From NCBI GenBank assembly GCA_963736935.1, contig CAVTQX010000004.1, positions 11,838 through 75,837 of the forward strand: a stretch of 64,000 nt of DNA. Reading direction: 5' to 3'. Both the position numbers and the translations under genes were made by a program. Source of the DNA: an uncultured Gaiellaceae bacterium (GTDB taxonomy: Bacteria; Actinomycetota; Thermoleophilia; Gaiellales; Gaiellaceae). The notes below the pieces were generated by a model. It was not told where the DNA came from and searched no databases. It saw nothing but the letters and a program-made list of their open reading frames with translations. Shown here piece after piece: positions 16,825-26,038 of the stretch. Numbering within the stretch: the stretch's first letter is position 1; every line of letters begins with the position of its first letter.

Positions 16825-19596
16825 GTGAGCAGGCGAAACTCCTACCTCGTCCTCGGGCTGCTCGCCGCGGCGCTCGTCGGCGTTGCCCTGATGGCGATCC
16901 CGGCATCGCCGCTCCACCAGAAGCCGACGCTCGGCCTCGATCTGCAGGGCGGCCTCGAGGTCACGCTGCAGGCAGTTCCTCCGGTGAACCGCAGCCTGAC
17001 GAAGGAGGACCTCGACCGGTCCGTCGACATCATGCGGAACCGCGTCGACAAGCTCGGCGTGACCGAGCCCGAGATCCGCACGCAGGGCGACGACCAGATC
17101 GTCATCCAGCTGCCGGGTGTCAAGGACCCGGAGGCGGCGGCGGAGATCATCGGCACGACCGCGCAGCTCGAGCTGTACGACCTGGAGACGTCCCTCACCG
17201 GACCCTCGATCTCGATCCAGGGCCAGCCGGTCGAGAGCGCGTCCCTGTACGCGCTCCTCGCACAGGTCCAGTCGCAGGTGACGGACGAGAAGTCCGACGC
17301 CTGGTACATCGTGAACCCGAAGACCAAGCGCGTCGTCTCGGGCCCGTACGGCTCGAAGGAGGAGGCGCTCAAGAAGTCGGGCGGGAACCTTCCCGCGGGC
17401 CGCCAGCTCTTCGCGGTCCCCGACGGGATGGTCGTCATCACGTGCGGTGAGGGCGCGGTCGTCTGCCCGGGCGGCAACGGCGCCGGCGTCCCGCCGGATC
17501 GCACGTGGTACTACCTCTTCAAGTACGACCCGCCGGACGTCCCGCAGATGACCGGCGAGGATCTGAAGCTCTCGGGCACAAGGGCGGACTTCGACACGAG
17601 CCCCGGCGGCGGCGGCCGCCCGATCGTGACGATGGAGTTCACCGGGAAGGGCTCGGACCAGTTCGAGAAGATCACCCGCGACGAGTGGATTCGCGGGAAG
17701 CTGCGCGGCACGCCGCAGCACTTCGCGATCGTCCTCGACCGCGAGATCAAGACCTTCCCGCAGATCGACTTCACGGACGGCTCGCTGTCCGGCGGCATCG
17801 GCGGCGGTCGCGCGCAGATCCAGGGCCTCGACTCGCTCCGGGAGGCGAAGGACATCGCGCTCGTGCTCCAGACCGGTGCACTGCCGGTGAAGTTCGAGAC
17901 ACTCGATCGAACGGACATCTCGGCGACGCTCGGGAAGGACTCGCTCAGCGAGGCGTGGCGCGCGGCGATCGCCGGCCTCATCCTCGTCGCGATCTTCCTC
18001 CTGATCTTCTACCGATTCCTCGGTCTCGTCGCGGTGGCGGGGCTCGCGATCTACGCCGCATTCCTGTACGCGACGATCCTCCTCTTCAACGTCACCCTGA
18101 CCCTGCCCGGCTTTGCCGGCCTCGTCCTGACGTTCGGGGTCGCGGCGGACGCGAACATCGTCATCTTCGAGCGCATCAAGGAAGAGGTGCGCGCCGGCAG
18201 GTCTGTCCGAGCCGCCATCGCGCAGGGATACCGAAAGGGCTTCGCGACGATCGTGGACGCGAACGTCGTGACGGCGATCACGGCCATGGTGCTCTTCGTC
18301 GTCGCGACGGCCAGCGTTCGTGGCTTCGCACTGATGCTCCTCATCGGAACCGCGTTGTCGATGCTCACCGCCGTTCTCGCGACGCGGGCGATCCTCGCTG
18401 GGGTGGCGGGCTTCGGCTGGATCGACAACCCGCGCTTCATGGGCGCCACGGGCCAGGGCATTCCGCGCTGGCTGCGCTGGGACTACATCGGCCGGCGCCG
18501 GATCTGGTTCGCGATCGCGGGCGCCGTCGTGGCGCTCTCCGCACTGGCGATCGCTGTCAACGGCCTCAACCTCGGCATCGACTTCAAGGGCGGCACGCAG
18601 ATCACGTTCCGGACGCCCGAGGCCACGTCGCTCGAGCAGGTGCGACAGGAGGCGGGCACCATCGGACAGGCGGGCGCCGTCATCCAGGGCCGCGGCCCGT
18701 CGACGGACGGCAAGTACACGAGCTTCCAGATCCGCACCGACGCGCTGACGACCGCCGAGCAGAACGAGCTGCAGCAGGGACTGACGAACGCCGTGGAGGC
18801 AACCTCGTTCGGCTCGAAGAACGTCTCGGAGAGCTTCGGGCGCCAGATCGCCAACAACGCGCTCTTCGCGATCGTGGTCAGCCTCCTTCTGATCGTCGCG
18901 TACATCTCGGTCCGCTTCCAGTGGAAGTACTCGGTCGGCGTCCTTGTCGCGCTCGCGCACGACGTGGTGATCACCGTGGGCGTCTACGCGCTCACGGGGA
19001 GGGAGGTCTCGACGGCGACCGTTGCCGCGATCCTCACCGTCCTCGGATACTCGATCTACGACACGATCATCGTTTTCGACCGGATCCGCGAAAACGTGCC
19101 GCTGATGCGCCGCGCGTCGTTCCGCGTGATCGGGAACGTCTCCATGTGGGAGGTGCTCCCGCGGTCGCTCGCGACGACGTTCATCACACTGCTCCCGGTC
19201 GCGTCGCTGTACTTCTTCGGCGGCGACACGCTCAAGGACTTCGCGTTCGCCCTGCTCGTCGGAATCGGATCCGGTGCCTACTCGTCGATCTTCCTCGCCG
19301 CGCCGCTCGTCGCCGCGCTCAAGGAGCGCGAGCCCGAGTTCGCCCGTCGCCGCGACGACCTCGGGGCGCTCGCCGGGGTCGCCTCGGTCGGCGGCACGCT
19401 GGCCGCCGAGGCGGAGGAGGTCGCAGCGGCGTCTGCAGGCGACTCGGATGAGGAGGAGGAGGAGGAGTCCGACGGTGCTCCCGAGGCGACGCGCCCGGCG
19501 CCCGTTCCGGCTGCGTCGATGGGCGGTCCGACCTCGTCGAAGCGAGAGCGACGGCGCCAGCGGCGTGCGTCGCGGCCTCACGGTCGTGCCCGCTAG
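16825..19596 (+). CDS. secDF: fused protein-export membrane protein SecD-SecF
   Basis: 923 aa. SecD periplasmic domain and 6-TM block, then a SecF block (LGIDFKGGTQITFRT ... second 6-TM block). Charged C-terminal tail (DSDEEEEEESD ... KRERRRQRRASRPHGRAR). Confidence 0.9.
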   Translation: MSRRNSYLVLGLLAAALVGVALMAIPASPLHQKPTLGLDLQGGLEVTLQAVPPVNRSLTKEDLDRSVDIMRNRVDKLGVTEPEIRTQGDDQIVIQLPGVKDPEAAAEIIGTTAQLELYDLETSLTGPSISIQGQPVESASLYALLAQVQSQVTDEKSDAWYIVNPKTKRVVSGPYGSKEEALKKSGGNLPAGRQLFAVPDGMVVITCGEGAVVCPGGNGAGVPPDRTWYYLFKYDPPDVPQMTGEDLKLSGTRADFDTSPGGGGRPIVTMEFTGKGSDQFEKITRDEWIRGKLRGTPQHFAIVLDREIKTFPQIDFTDGSLSGGIGGGRAQIQGLDSLREAKDIALVLQTGALPVKFETLDRTDISATLGKDSLSEAWRAAIAGLILVAIFLLIFYRFLGLVAVAGLAIYAAFLYATILLFNVTLTLPGFAGLVLTFGVAADANIVIFERIKEEVRAGRSVRAAIAQGYRKGFATIVDANVVTAITAMVLFVVATASVRGFALMLLIGTALSMLTAVLATRAILAGVAGFGWIDNPRFMGATGQGIPRWLRWDYIGRRRIWFAIAGAVVALSALAIAVNGLNLGIDFKGGTQITFRTPEATSLEQVRQEAGTIGQAGAVIQGRGPSTDGKYTSFQIRTDALTTAEQNELQQGLTNAVEATSFGSKNVSESFGRQIANNALFAIVVSLLLIVAYISVRFQWKYSVGVLVALAHDVVITVGVYALTGREVSTATVAAILTVLGYSIYDTIIVFDRIRENVPLMRRASFRVIGNVSMWEVLPRSLATTFITLLPVASLYFFGGDTLKDFAFALLVGIGSGAYSSIFLAAPLVAALKEREPEFARRRDDLGALAGVASVGGTLAAEAEEVAAASAGDSDEEEEEESDGAPEATRPAPVPAASMGGPTSSKRERRRQRRASRPHGRAR

Positions 19597-19912
19597 CGAG
19601 CGGGGACCCCTCGAGACCCTCAGCCTGGCGGGCGTCGGGGCGGTCGCGCTCGTGGCGCAGCACGCGGACGAGCTCGCGTCGGAGATCGCAAGCCGGATCG
19701 GCGTCGAGCGCGACGAGGTGCGCGCGGTCATTGCAGACGTCCTCGACAGCTGGCGCCGCGAGGCCACGCGCCTCGGAGAGAGCGGCGGGAGCATGGCAGC
19801 GAAGGCGGCCTCCGAGCTCGGCGCCGCCTCGCGCGACGCCGTCAGCGATCTGGAGCTCCGCGTGGCGCAGATCGAGCACCGGCTGAGACTGCTCGAGCGC
19901 GACGCGACGTAG
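19586..19912 (+). CDS. phasin-like (COG3937-type) small helical protein; start uncertain
   Basis: ETLSLAGVGAVALVAQHADELASEIASRIGVERDEVRAVIADVL ... LELRVAQIEHRLRLLE. GTG 19586 overlaps the secDF stop. Confidence 0.45.
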   Translation: MPASERGPLETLSLAGVGAVALVAQHADELASEIASRIGVERDEVRAVIADVLDSWRREATRLGESGGSMAAKAASELGAASRDAVSDLELRVAQIEHRLRLLERDAT

Positions 19913-19930
19913 TTCGCGGACCGCTCGTCC

Positions 19931-19936
19931 TACAAT
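19931..19936 (+). promoter_or_regulatory. -10 hexamer TACAAT 7 nt upstream of ATG 19944
   Basis: TACAATtccgcgcATG, with no SD. Confidence 0.45.
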
Positions 19937-19943
19937 TCCGCGC

Positions 19944-21611
19944 ATGGCGACGACGCACGACCGCTCGTCGCGGAACCTCGGACGTCTCACCGAGATCGCG
20001 CAGGTGGCCGCGCGCCACGGATTCGGCTACTTCCTGCGGCGAAATCGACTGGGCGATCTCGTCCCGGGTGACGCAGACGGTGAGGTCGCGACCACGTCCG
20101 ACCGCGGCCGGCGCCTCCGGGCGATGCTCGACGAGCTCGGCCCGACCTTCGTGAAGTTCGGGCAGCTGCTCTCGACGCGGCCCGACGTCGTGCCGCCGGA
20201 CATCGTGGCGGAGCTTCGCGGGCTGCAGGACGACGCCTCGCCCATCCCGTTCGAGCAGGTGCGGGACGTGGTCGAGCAGGAGCTCGAGCTGCGGATGGAC
20301 CGCGCGTTCCTCGAGTTCGACTTCGCGCCGCTCGCGTCCGCGTCGATCGGCCAGGTGCATCGTGCGGTGCTTCCGGACGGCAGCGAGGTGGCGGTGAAGG
20401 TGCAACGGCCGGCGGCGGCCGAGCAGATCGAGGCCGACCTCGGGCTGCTCTACCAGGCGGCACGCCTCCTGAGCGAGCGGGTGAAAGCGCTCGAGTTCAT
20501 GGACCCGCGCGAGCTCGTCGACGAGTTCGCGCGTTCGATCAGGCTCGAGCTCGACTACGGGCACGAGGCGCGGAACGCGGAGATGTTCCACCGGAACTTC
20601 GCACGCGACGAGCAGGTGGTCGTGCCGCGCGTGATCAAGCAGTACTCGACCTCGCGCGTCCTCACGCTCGAGTTCCTCCGCGGGACGAAGGTCGCCGACC
20701 TCGACCTCGGCGCGATGCGTCCCGACGAGCGGCGCGACGTCGCGCACCGCCTCGCAGACGCCTGGATGACCATGGTGTTCCGGCACGGGTTCTTCCACGC
20801 GGACCCGCACCCGGCGAACATCTACGTGCTCGAGTCCGGCGCGCTCGGCCTCGTCGACTTCGGGCAGGCGGGGAAGCTGTCCGACGACGACATGGCGAGG
20901 CTGACCATGCTCTTCGTCGACGCAGCGACGGAGAACGTCGACGCGATCCCTCGACGCCTCCGTGATCTCGGCGTGCGCTACGACGCTGCGCGCGAGCAGG
21001 AGTTCAGAAGTGAGCTCCAGGTCCTGTTCGACCGCTACTACGGCAGCCGGCTCACCGACATCGACCCGCTACAGGTGATCCGCGAAGGCTTCCAGCTCAT
21101 CTACGCGATGAACCTGAAACTCCCCAGCCGGTTCGTCATCCTCGACAAGGCGATCGCGACGCTGGCATCGGTCGGCCAGGAGGTCTATCCGGAGTTCAAC
21201 GTGTTCGAGATCGCAAAGCCATATGCGCGCGGGCTGCTCGTGGACCGCTTTCACCCTCGCGCGCTCTCGCAGCGAGCGCGCGTCGAGGCACTCGGTCTGG
21301 CCTCCGTCGCACGGGACATGCCGTACCAGGTCTCGGACGTCCTCGAGCAACTGCGCCAGGGGACGTTCCAGGTGCACATCGAGAACCCGGGCATCGACGA
21401 GATCGACGACCACATCGACAAGGCGACGAACCGAATCGCGGTCGCGCTCGTGATTCTCGGCGGGCTGCTCGGCTCCGCGATGATCGGCGTCTTCGCAGAG
21501 AAAGGCCCGCATGCTCTCGGAATCCATGTCATCGCGCTCGCCGGGTTCCTCATCTCGGGCATCTTCGGGTCCTGGCTCGTATGGGGCATCCTCCGGCACG
21601 GGCGCCTGTAG
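19944..21611 (+). CDS. ABC1/AarF/UbiB-family atypical kinase with two C-terminal TM helices
   Basis: GPTFVKFGQLLSTRPD, ASASIGQVHRAVL, VAVKVQRP, FFHADPHPANI, DFGQAG. Hydrophobic C-terminus. Confidence 0.85.
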   Translation: MATTHDRSSRNLGRLTEIAQVAARHGFGYFLRRNRLGDLVPGDADGEVATTSDRGRRLRAMLDELGPTFVKFGQLLSTRPDVVPPDIVAELRGLQDDASPIPFEQVRDVVEQELELRMDRAFLEFDFAPLASASIGQVHRAVLPDGSEVAVKVQRPAAAEQIEADLGLLYQAARLLSERVKALEFMDPRELVDEFARSIRLELDYGHEARNAEMFHRNFARDEQVVVPRVIKQYSTSRVLTLEFLRGTKVADLDLGAMRPDERRDVAHRLADAWMTMVFRHGFFHADPHPANIYVLESGALGLVDFGQAGKLSDDDMARLTMLFVDAATENVDAIPRRLRDLGVRYDAAREQEFRSELQVLFDRYYGSRLTDIDPLQVIREGFQLIYAMNLKLPSRFVILDKAIATLASVGQEVYPEFNVFEIAKPYARGLLVDRFHPRALSQRARVEALGLASVARDMPYQVSDVLEQLRQGTFQVHIENPGIDEIDDHIDKATNRIAVALVILGGLLGSAMIGVFAEKGPHALGIHVIALAGFLISGIFGSWLVWGILRHGRL

Positions 21612-21695
21612 GCGTCCACCGGCGACGTGTCCGCTGCGGAACGCTTGTCGGCGATCCGCCGGAAAGGACATCTGGTCGTGCGGCCGGCTTGTGGT

Positions 21696-21701
21696 TAACG
21701 T
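21696..21701 (+). promoter_or_regulatory. -10-like hexamer TAACGT 7 nt upstream of ATG 21709
   Basis: TAACGTcgcttgcATG, with no SD. Confidence 0.4.
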
Positions 21702-21708
21702 CGCTTGC

Positions 21709-22380
21709 ATGCCGAGCGCGGTCCTCGTCGCCGAACCAGAGCCGGAGACGCGAGAGTACCTCGGTCGACAGTTACGCGACGACGGGTTCGACGTGCTCGG
21801 CGCCGCCCGTCGCAGCGAGGCGCTCGAACTCGTGGAGAGCGCCCGGCCCGACGTCGTCCTCCTGGCCGAGGTCGACCTCTGTCTACGGCTTCGGCGCGGC
21901 GAGCCTGGTCGCAGTTGGGACCGGAACGTGCCTGTAATCGTCCTCGCGCCAACCTCCGATCTCGTCGAGCGTGTGCGCGCGCTCGACCGTGGGGCCGACG
22001 ACGTCATGGGGCGACCGTTCGCCTACGAGGAGCTCCTGGCGCGGATCCGTGCGTTGCTACGGCGGAGCTCGGCCGGGCAGAGCGACCTCATCGTCGCGGG
22101 CGATCTCGTCATCGACCGTGCGACGAGGCGCGTCCACGTGCGCGACACCGCTGTCGTCCTCTCAGCCAAGGAGTTCGAGCTCGTCGCGAAGCTCGCCTCC
22201 GACCCCTACCGCGTGTTCACGAAGGAGCAGCTGTTGCGTGAGGTGTGGGGCTACCGAGCCCTCGGGCGAACACGGACGTTGGAATCCCACGCGTCGCGGA
22301 TCCGCAAGAAGCTCTGCCTCGTGCCCGAGGATCGCTTCGTCGTCAACGTGTGGGGCGTCGGGTATCGCATGCTCGACTGA
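21709..22380 (+). CDS. orphan OmpR-type DNA-binding regulator with degenerate (pseudo-)receiver domain
   Basis: Intact winged helix (AKEFELVAKLASDPYRVFTKEQLLREVWG ... VWGVGYRML). Receiver positions are altered: VLVAEPEPE for VVDDE, DVVLLAEVD (Ala at the phospho-Asp position), VLAPTS for LTA, GRPF for KPF. Confidence 0.8.
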   Translation: MPSAVLVAEPEPETREYLGRQLRDDGFDVLGAARRSEALELVESARPDVVLLAEVDLCLRLRRGEPGRSWDRNVPVIVLAPTSDLVERVRALDRGADDVMGRPFAYEELLARIRALLRRSSAGQSDLIVAGDLVIDRATRRVHVRDTAVVLSAKEFELVAKLASDPYRVFTKEQLLREVWGYRALGRTRTLESHASRIRKKLCLVPEDRFVVNVWGVGYRMLD

Positions 22381-22383
22381 CGG

Positions 22384-22938
22384 TCAGCGTGCGCCCTCGA
22401 GCTCGAGCAGCGACCGCTTGACGTCGAGCCCGCCGGCATAGCCGGTCAGATCGCCGGTCGCGCCGACGACGCGGTGGCACGGGAGCACGATCGGGATGCG
22501 GTTGCGGTTCATCACCGTGCCCACGGCTCGCGCCGCGCCCGGGTGGCCGACGCGCTGCGCGAGCTGGCCGTACGTCGTCGTCTCGCCGTACGGCACCCGA
22601 GCAAGCTCGTCGAGCACCGAGACCGTGAAGGGCGGCAGCGCTCGCAGGTCGAGTGCGACGTCGAACGTCCGGCGGCGGCCGTCGAAGTACTCCTCGAGCT
22701 CGCGACGAGCGCCGTCGACGCTCCGCGGCGAGCGCAGGACTCGCGGACCGGCGATGCGTGCGAGCCGTTCGACCCTGTCCTCGTCCGTCTCGAACGAAAT
22801 CGCGGCCAGACCGCGGTCCGACGCGGCAAGGAGCAGCTCGCCGATCGGCGTGTCGACGACGTCGAAGCCGACGTCGATGAGGCCGAGGGTGGCCGCTGCC
22901 TCGCGGAAACTGCGATCGAGATCGGGTGATACGGTCAT
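22384..22938 (-). CDS. ogt: methylated-DNA--protein-cysteine methyltransferase
   Basis: Active-site IVLPCHRVV, YGETTTYGQLA, N-terminal Ogt-type domain. ATGA overlap with the upstream sigma gene. Confidence 0.9.
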   Translation of the reverse strand: MTVSPDLDRSFREAAATLGLIDVGFDVVDTPIGELLLAASDRGLAAISFETDEDRVERLARIAGPRVLRSPRSVDGARRELEEYFDGRRRTFDVALDLRALPPFTVSVLDELARVPYGETTTYGQLAQRVGHPGAARAVGTVMNRNRIPIVLPCHRVVGATGDLTGYAGGLDVKRSLLELEGAR

Positions 22939-23408
22939 GTGGCGAGCCTCCTTCGAATGCGGCGGACGCCCGTGGACGTCGCCTGGCGGGCCGCGTCGGG
23001 CGACGAGCCGAGCACCGACGCGATCTGGTCGTACGAGAGGTCATAGCCGTAGCGGAGCACGACCGCGGCACGTTCTTTCGCCCCGAGGCCGTCCGTGAGC
23101 TCGGCGAGCTCCGCATAGGCCGGTGCCTGGTCGTCCGCACCGGACTCGACGAGCTCGGTCGTGGGTCGCGTGCGCCGAAGCGTGTCGAGCGCGACGTTCT
23201 GCGCGATCGTCAACACCCACGCGCGCAAGTGTTCACCGTGGTCGAGCCGACCGTACGCGCGGAGTGCGCGCAGGAAGGTCTCCTGAAAGGCATCCTCGGC
23301 TCGATCCGCGCCGAGTCGGCGCCGCAGGAGCCGGAGCACCTCGCTCCGATGCTCCTCGTAGAACCGCTCGAAGGTGGGGATCGCCACGGCCTCCATCATC
23401 TCCGTCAA
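22935..23408 (-). CDS. ECF-type RNA polymerase sigma factor
   Basis: 157 aa. Sigma-2 region AEDAFQETFLRALRAY ... LRAWVLTIAQNVALDTLRR. Sigma-4 region RAAVVLRYGYDLSYDQIASVLGSSPDAARQATSTGVRRIRRRL. SD GGTGGGA before the TTG/ATG start. Confidence 0.85.
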   Translation of the reverse strand: MTEMMEAVAIPTFERFYEEHRSEVLRLLRRRLGADRAEDAFQETFLRALRAYGRLDHGEHLRAWVLTIAQNVALDTLRRTRPTTELVESGADDQAPAYAELAELTDGLGAKERAAVVLRYGYDLSYDQIASVLGSSPDAARQATSTGVRRIRRRLAT

Positions 23409-23443
23409 ACGTTCCCACCCGCCGATCTGTGAGAGTTCCCGGC

Positions 23444-24259
23444 ATGCGGGCGGCGGTCGTCGGTCATGTCGAGTGGCTCGAGTTCGTTCCTGTCGAGGCC
23501 GTGCCCGGACCAGGGGAGATCGTGCACGCGTCCGAGTCGTGGGAGCAGGCCGCCGGGGGAGGATCGGTCGCCGCGGTGCAGCTCTCGAAGCTCGCCGACT
23601 CCGTCGACTTCTTCACCGTGCTCGGGAACGACGACCACGGACGGCTCGCGCGCGAGGAGCTGGAGGCTCGAGGGATCACGGTGCACGCGAGCACGATCGA
23701 GGCGCCTCAGCGCAGTGGCTTCACGCTGGTCGACGACGCGGGCGAGCGCACGATCGTGACGATCGGTCGGAAGCTCCACCCACGCGGCCACGACGAGGCG
23801 CTCCCCTGGCACGAGCTCGGACGCTGCGACGCCGTGTACTTCTGCGCGGGGGACGCCGACGCTCTGCTCATGGCGCGCCGGGCGCGCGTTGTCGTCGCCA
23901 CCGCGCGGGAGCTTTCGACCCTCCGGCAGGGCTCGGTCGAGCTCGACGCCCTCGTCTCGAGCGGGAAGGACGACGCCGAGCGCTACCAGACGGGACAGCT
24001 CGATCCGGAGCCGCGGCTCGTCGTGACGACGTCGGGTGCGCTCGGCGGCTGGGCGCAGCCCGGGGGGCCGTACAAGGCGGCGCCGCGCCCGCCCGAGCCG
24101 GCCGACGCGTACGGCGCCGGCGACTGCTTCGCCGCAGGCCTCGCATTCGCCCTCGGGTCAGGCCTGGAAGGGCTCGAGGCGCTCGACTTCGCGGCACGCT
24201 GCGGCGCAGGCGCGATCGCAGGACCGGGCGTCCACGCGGAGGTGGTGCGGCTGTCGTAA
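23444..24259 (+). CDS. PfkB-family carbohydrate/ribokinase-like kinase
   Basis: GGGSVAAVQLSKL, and the C-terminal PfkB signature DAYGAGDCFAAGLAFAL. Confidence 0.8.
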   Translation: MRAAVVGHVEWLEFVPVEAVPGPGEIVHASESWEQAAGGGSVAAVQLSKLADSVDFFTVLGNDDHGRLAREELEARGITVHASTIEAPQRSGFTLVDDAGERTIVTIGRKLHPRGHDEALPWHELGRCDAVYFCAGDADALLMARRARVVVATARELSTLRQGSVELDALVSSGKDDAERYQTGQLDPEPRLVVTTSGALGGWAQPGGPYKAAPRPPEPADAYGAGDCFAAGLAFALGSGLEGLEALDFAARCGAGAIAGPGVHAEVVRLS

Positions 24260-24287
24260 GAAGCGTGTGGGGCGCAGGGGTTGCGAT

Positions 24288-24327
24288 GTGGGGGAAAGTG
24301 GAGTAAGGTGGGGCGCCGTGGGAGAGC
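24288..24327 (+). promoter_or_regulatory. four 10-bp-phased direct repeats GTGG(G/A)(G/A): candidate MraZ operator
   Basis: GTGGGGgaaa, GTGGAGtaag, GTGGGGcgcc and GTGGGAgagc start at 24288, 24298, 24308 and 24318. A fifth GTGGGG lies at 24267. The array ends 17 nt before mraZ ATG 24344. Confidence 0.6.
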
Positions 24328-24343
24328 AACCACGGCGGAGCCC

Positions 24344-24775
24344 ATGTTCTACGGAACCCACGAGCACACGATCGACGACAAGAACCGGCTCACGTTGCCG
24401 GCGAAGTTCCGCGATGCGCTCGGCGGCGACGTCGTTCTGGTTCGCGGGATCGACCGGACGGTCGACGTGTATCCGCGCAAGAGCTGGGAGTCGGGCGTCG
24501 AGCGGATCACCGACCTCGACTCGCTCACGCGGGAGGCGCGCGAGATGAAGCGCTTCGTCTTCTCGGGCGCAACGGTCGCGGAGGTCGACAAGCAGGGACG
24601 CGTGCTCGTTCCACCGGACCTCGCGAGTCACGCCGGGCTCGGCAAGGACGTCGCGGTCGTCGGCGTGCACGACCACATCGAGATCTGGGGTCGCCCGGAG
24701 TGGGCGGCCCACGTCAGCGCGATCGAAGGGAGCGTCGGAGATGTTGCCGAACGTGCAGCGGACAGACGCGGCTGA
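24344..24775 (+). CDS. mraZ: division/cell wall cluster transcriptional regulator MraZ
   Basis: Two MraZ repeats with DxxxR motifs (DDKNRLTLPAKFR, DKQGRVLVPPDL). Confidence 0.95.
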   Translation: MFYGTHEHTIDDKNRLTLPAKFRDALGGDVVLVRGIDRTVDVYPRKSWESGVERITDLDSLTREAREMKRFVFSGATVAEVDKQGRVLVPPDLASHAGLGKDVAVVGVHDHIEIWGRPEWAAHVSAIEGSVGDVAERAADRRG

Positions 24776-25700
24776 TCACGTCCCGGTCCTCGCGGAGGAG
24801 GTGCGCGAGTTCCTCGACGTGCAGCCGGGGGAGACGATCGTCGATGCGACGTTCGGCGCGGGTGGGCACTCGCGCATGCTCGCCGCCGACCTACGCGGGA
24901 ACGGCAAGCTCGTCGCCATCGATCGCGACCCGACGGTGCGTCCGTACTTCGACCGGATGAAGGCCGGCGCACGCGGGGTGCATACACGGTTCCTCCGCGG
25001 CGACTACGGCGTCGTCCTTTCGCAGCTCGCCGGCAACGGCGTCCGTGCCGACGCCGTACTGCTCGACCTCGGCCTCTCGTCGATGCAGGTCGACCGCCCC
25101 GAGCGCGGCTTTTCGTATGCAACCGATGCACCGCTCGACATGCGCATGGACCCGTCGGACGAGCCGAGCGCGGCGGGCGTGGTCGCAACCTACGACGAGC
25201 GCGAGCTCGAGACGATCTTCCGGCGCTACGGGGAGGAGCGGTACGCGCGCCAGATCGCGAGGGGCATCGTGCGCCGTCGCGAGGCGGAGCCCATCGAGCG
25301 AACCGGGCAGCTCGTCGACGTCGTCCGAGCGTCGATTCCCGCGCCGGCGCGGTTCGGCGAGGGCCATCCCGCGAAGCGCGTGTTCCAGGCGCTGCGGATC
25401 GAGGTGAACCACGAGCTCGAGTCCCTCGAGGTAGGCCTCCCCGCTGCATTCGAGATGCTCCGGCCCGGAGGGCGCATCGCGGTCATCAGCTTCCACTCGC
25501 TCGAGGACCGGATCGTGAAGCGATTCTTCCGCGACCGTGCGAAGGGCTGCACCTGCCCGCCGGAGCTGCCCGTCTGCGTGTGCGGGAAGGAGCCGGAGGC
25601 ACGCGTTCTCACGTCGAAGCCCGTCCGGCCGTCGTCCCACGAGGTCGACGACAACCCGCGCGCCGCGTCCGCGCGGCTGCGGGCGGCCGCGCGCGTCTGA
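24741..25700 (+). CDS. rsmH: 16S rRNA (cytosine1402-N4)-methyltransferase
   Basis: HVPVL, DATFGAGGHS, LDLGLSSMQVD, FSY...PLDMRMD, SFHSLEDRIVK. Confidence 0.95.
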   Translation: MLPNVQRTDAADHVPVLAEEVREFLDVQPGETIVDATFGAGGHSRMLAADLRGNGKLVAIDRDPTVRPYFDRMKAGARGVHTRFLRGDYGVVLSQLAGNGVRADAVLLDLGLSSMQVDRPERGFSYATDAPLDMRMDPSDEPSAAGVVATYDERELETIFRRYGEERYARQIARGIVRRREAEPIERTGQLVDVVRASIPAPARFGEGHPAKRVFQALRIEVNHELESLEVGLPAAFEMLRPGGRIAVISFHSLEDRIVKRFFRDRAKGCTCPPELPVCVCGKEPEARVLTSKPVRPSSHEVDDNPRAASARLRAAARV

Positions 25701-26038
25701 TGTCGACGATCGCACAGCCCACACGGACGGTGGCACGTCGGGAGCGGCATGCGCCGCGACGCCGCTTCTGGGTCCTGAGTGGCGGCGTCATGTGGATCGT
25801 TCTCTTCGCCGCGCTGCTCGCCGGGGTGGTGGCCGTCAACGTCGCGGTTCTTCGCCTGAACCTTCAGCTCGACGAGTCCGGTCGCGAGCGCACCGAGCTC
25901 AAGAACGACATCGCCGGACTCCGCGCCGAGATCTCGAGCGCCGCAGCAGCGACCCGCATCGAGCGCCTCGCGCGCGGCGAGCTCGGCTTGCGCGAGGTCG
26001 AGCCCGAGGACACGACCTACATCGAGCTCGACAAGTGA
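25700..26038 (+). CDS. ftsL: cell division protein FtsL-like (septum formation initiator family)
   Basis: 112 aa. Basic N-terminus, one TM helix (VMWIVLFAALLAGVVAVNVAVL), then a coiled coil. Canonical position between rsmH and ftsI. The ATG shares 1 nt with the rsmH stop. Confidence 0.7.
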   Translation: MSTIAQPTRTVARRERHAPRRRFWVLSGGVMWIVLFAALLAGVVAVNVAVLRLNLQLDESGRERTELKNDIAGLRAEISSAAAATRIERLARGELGLREVEPEDTTYIELDK

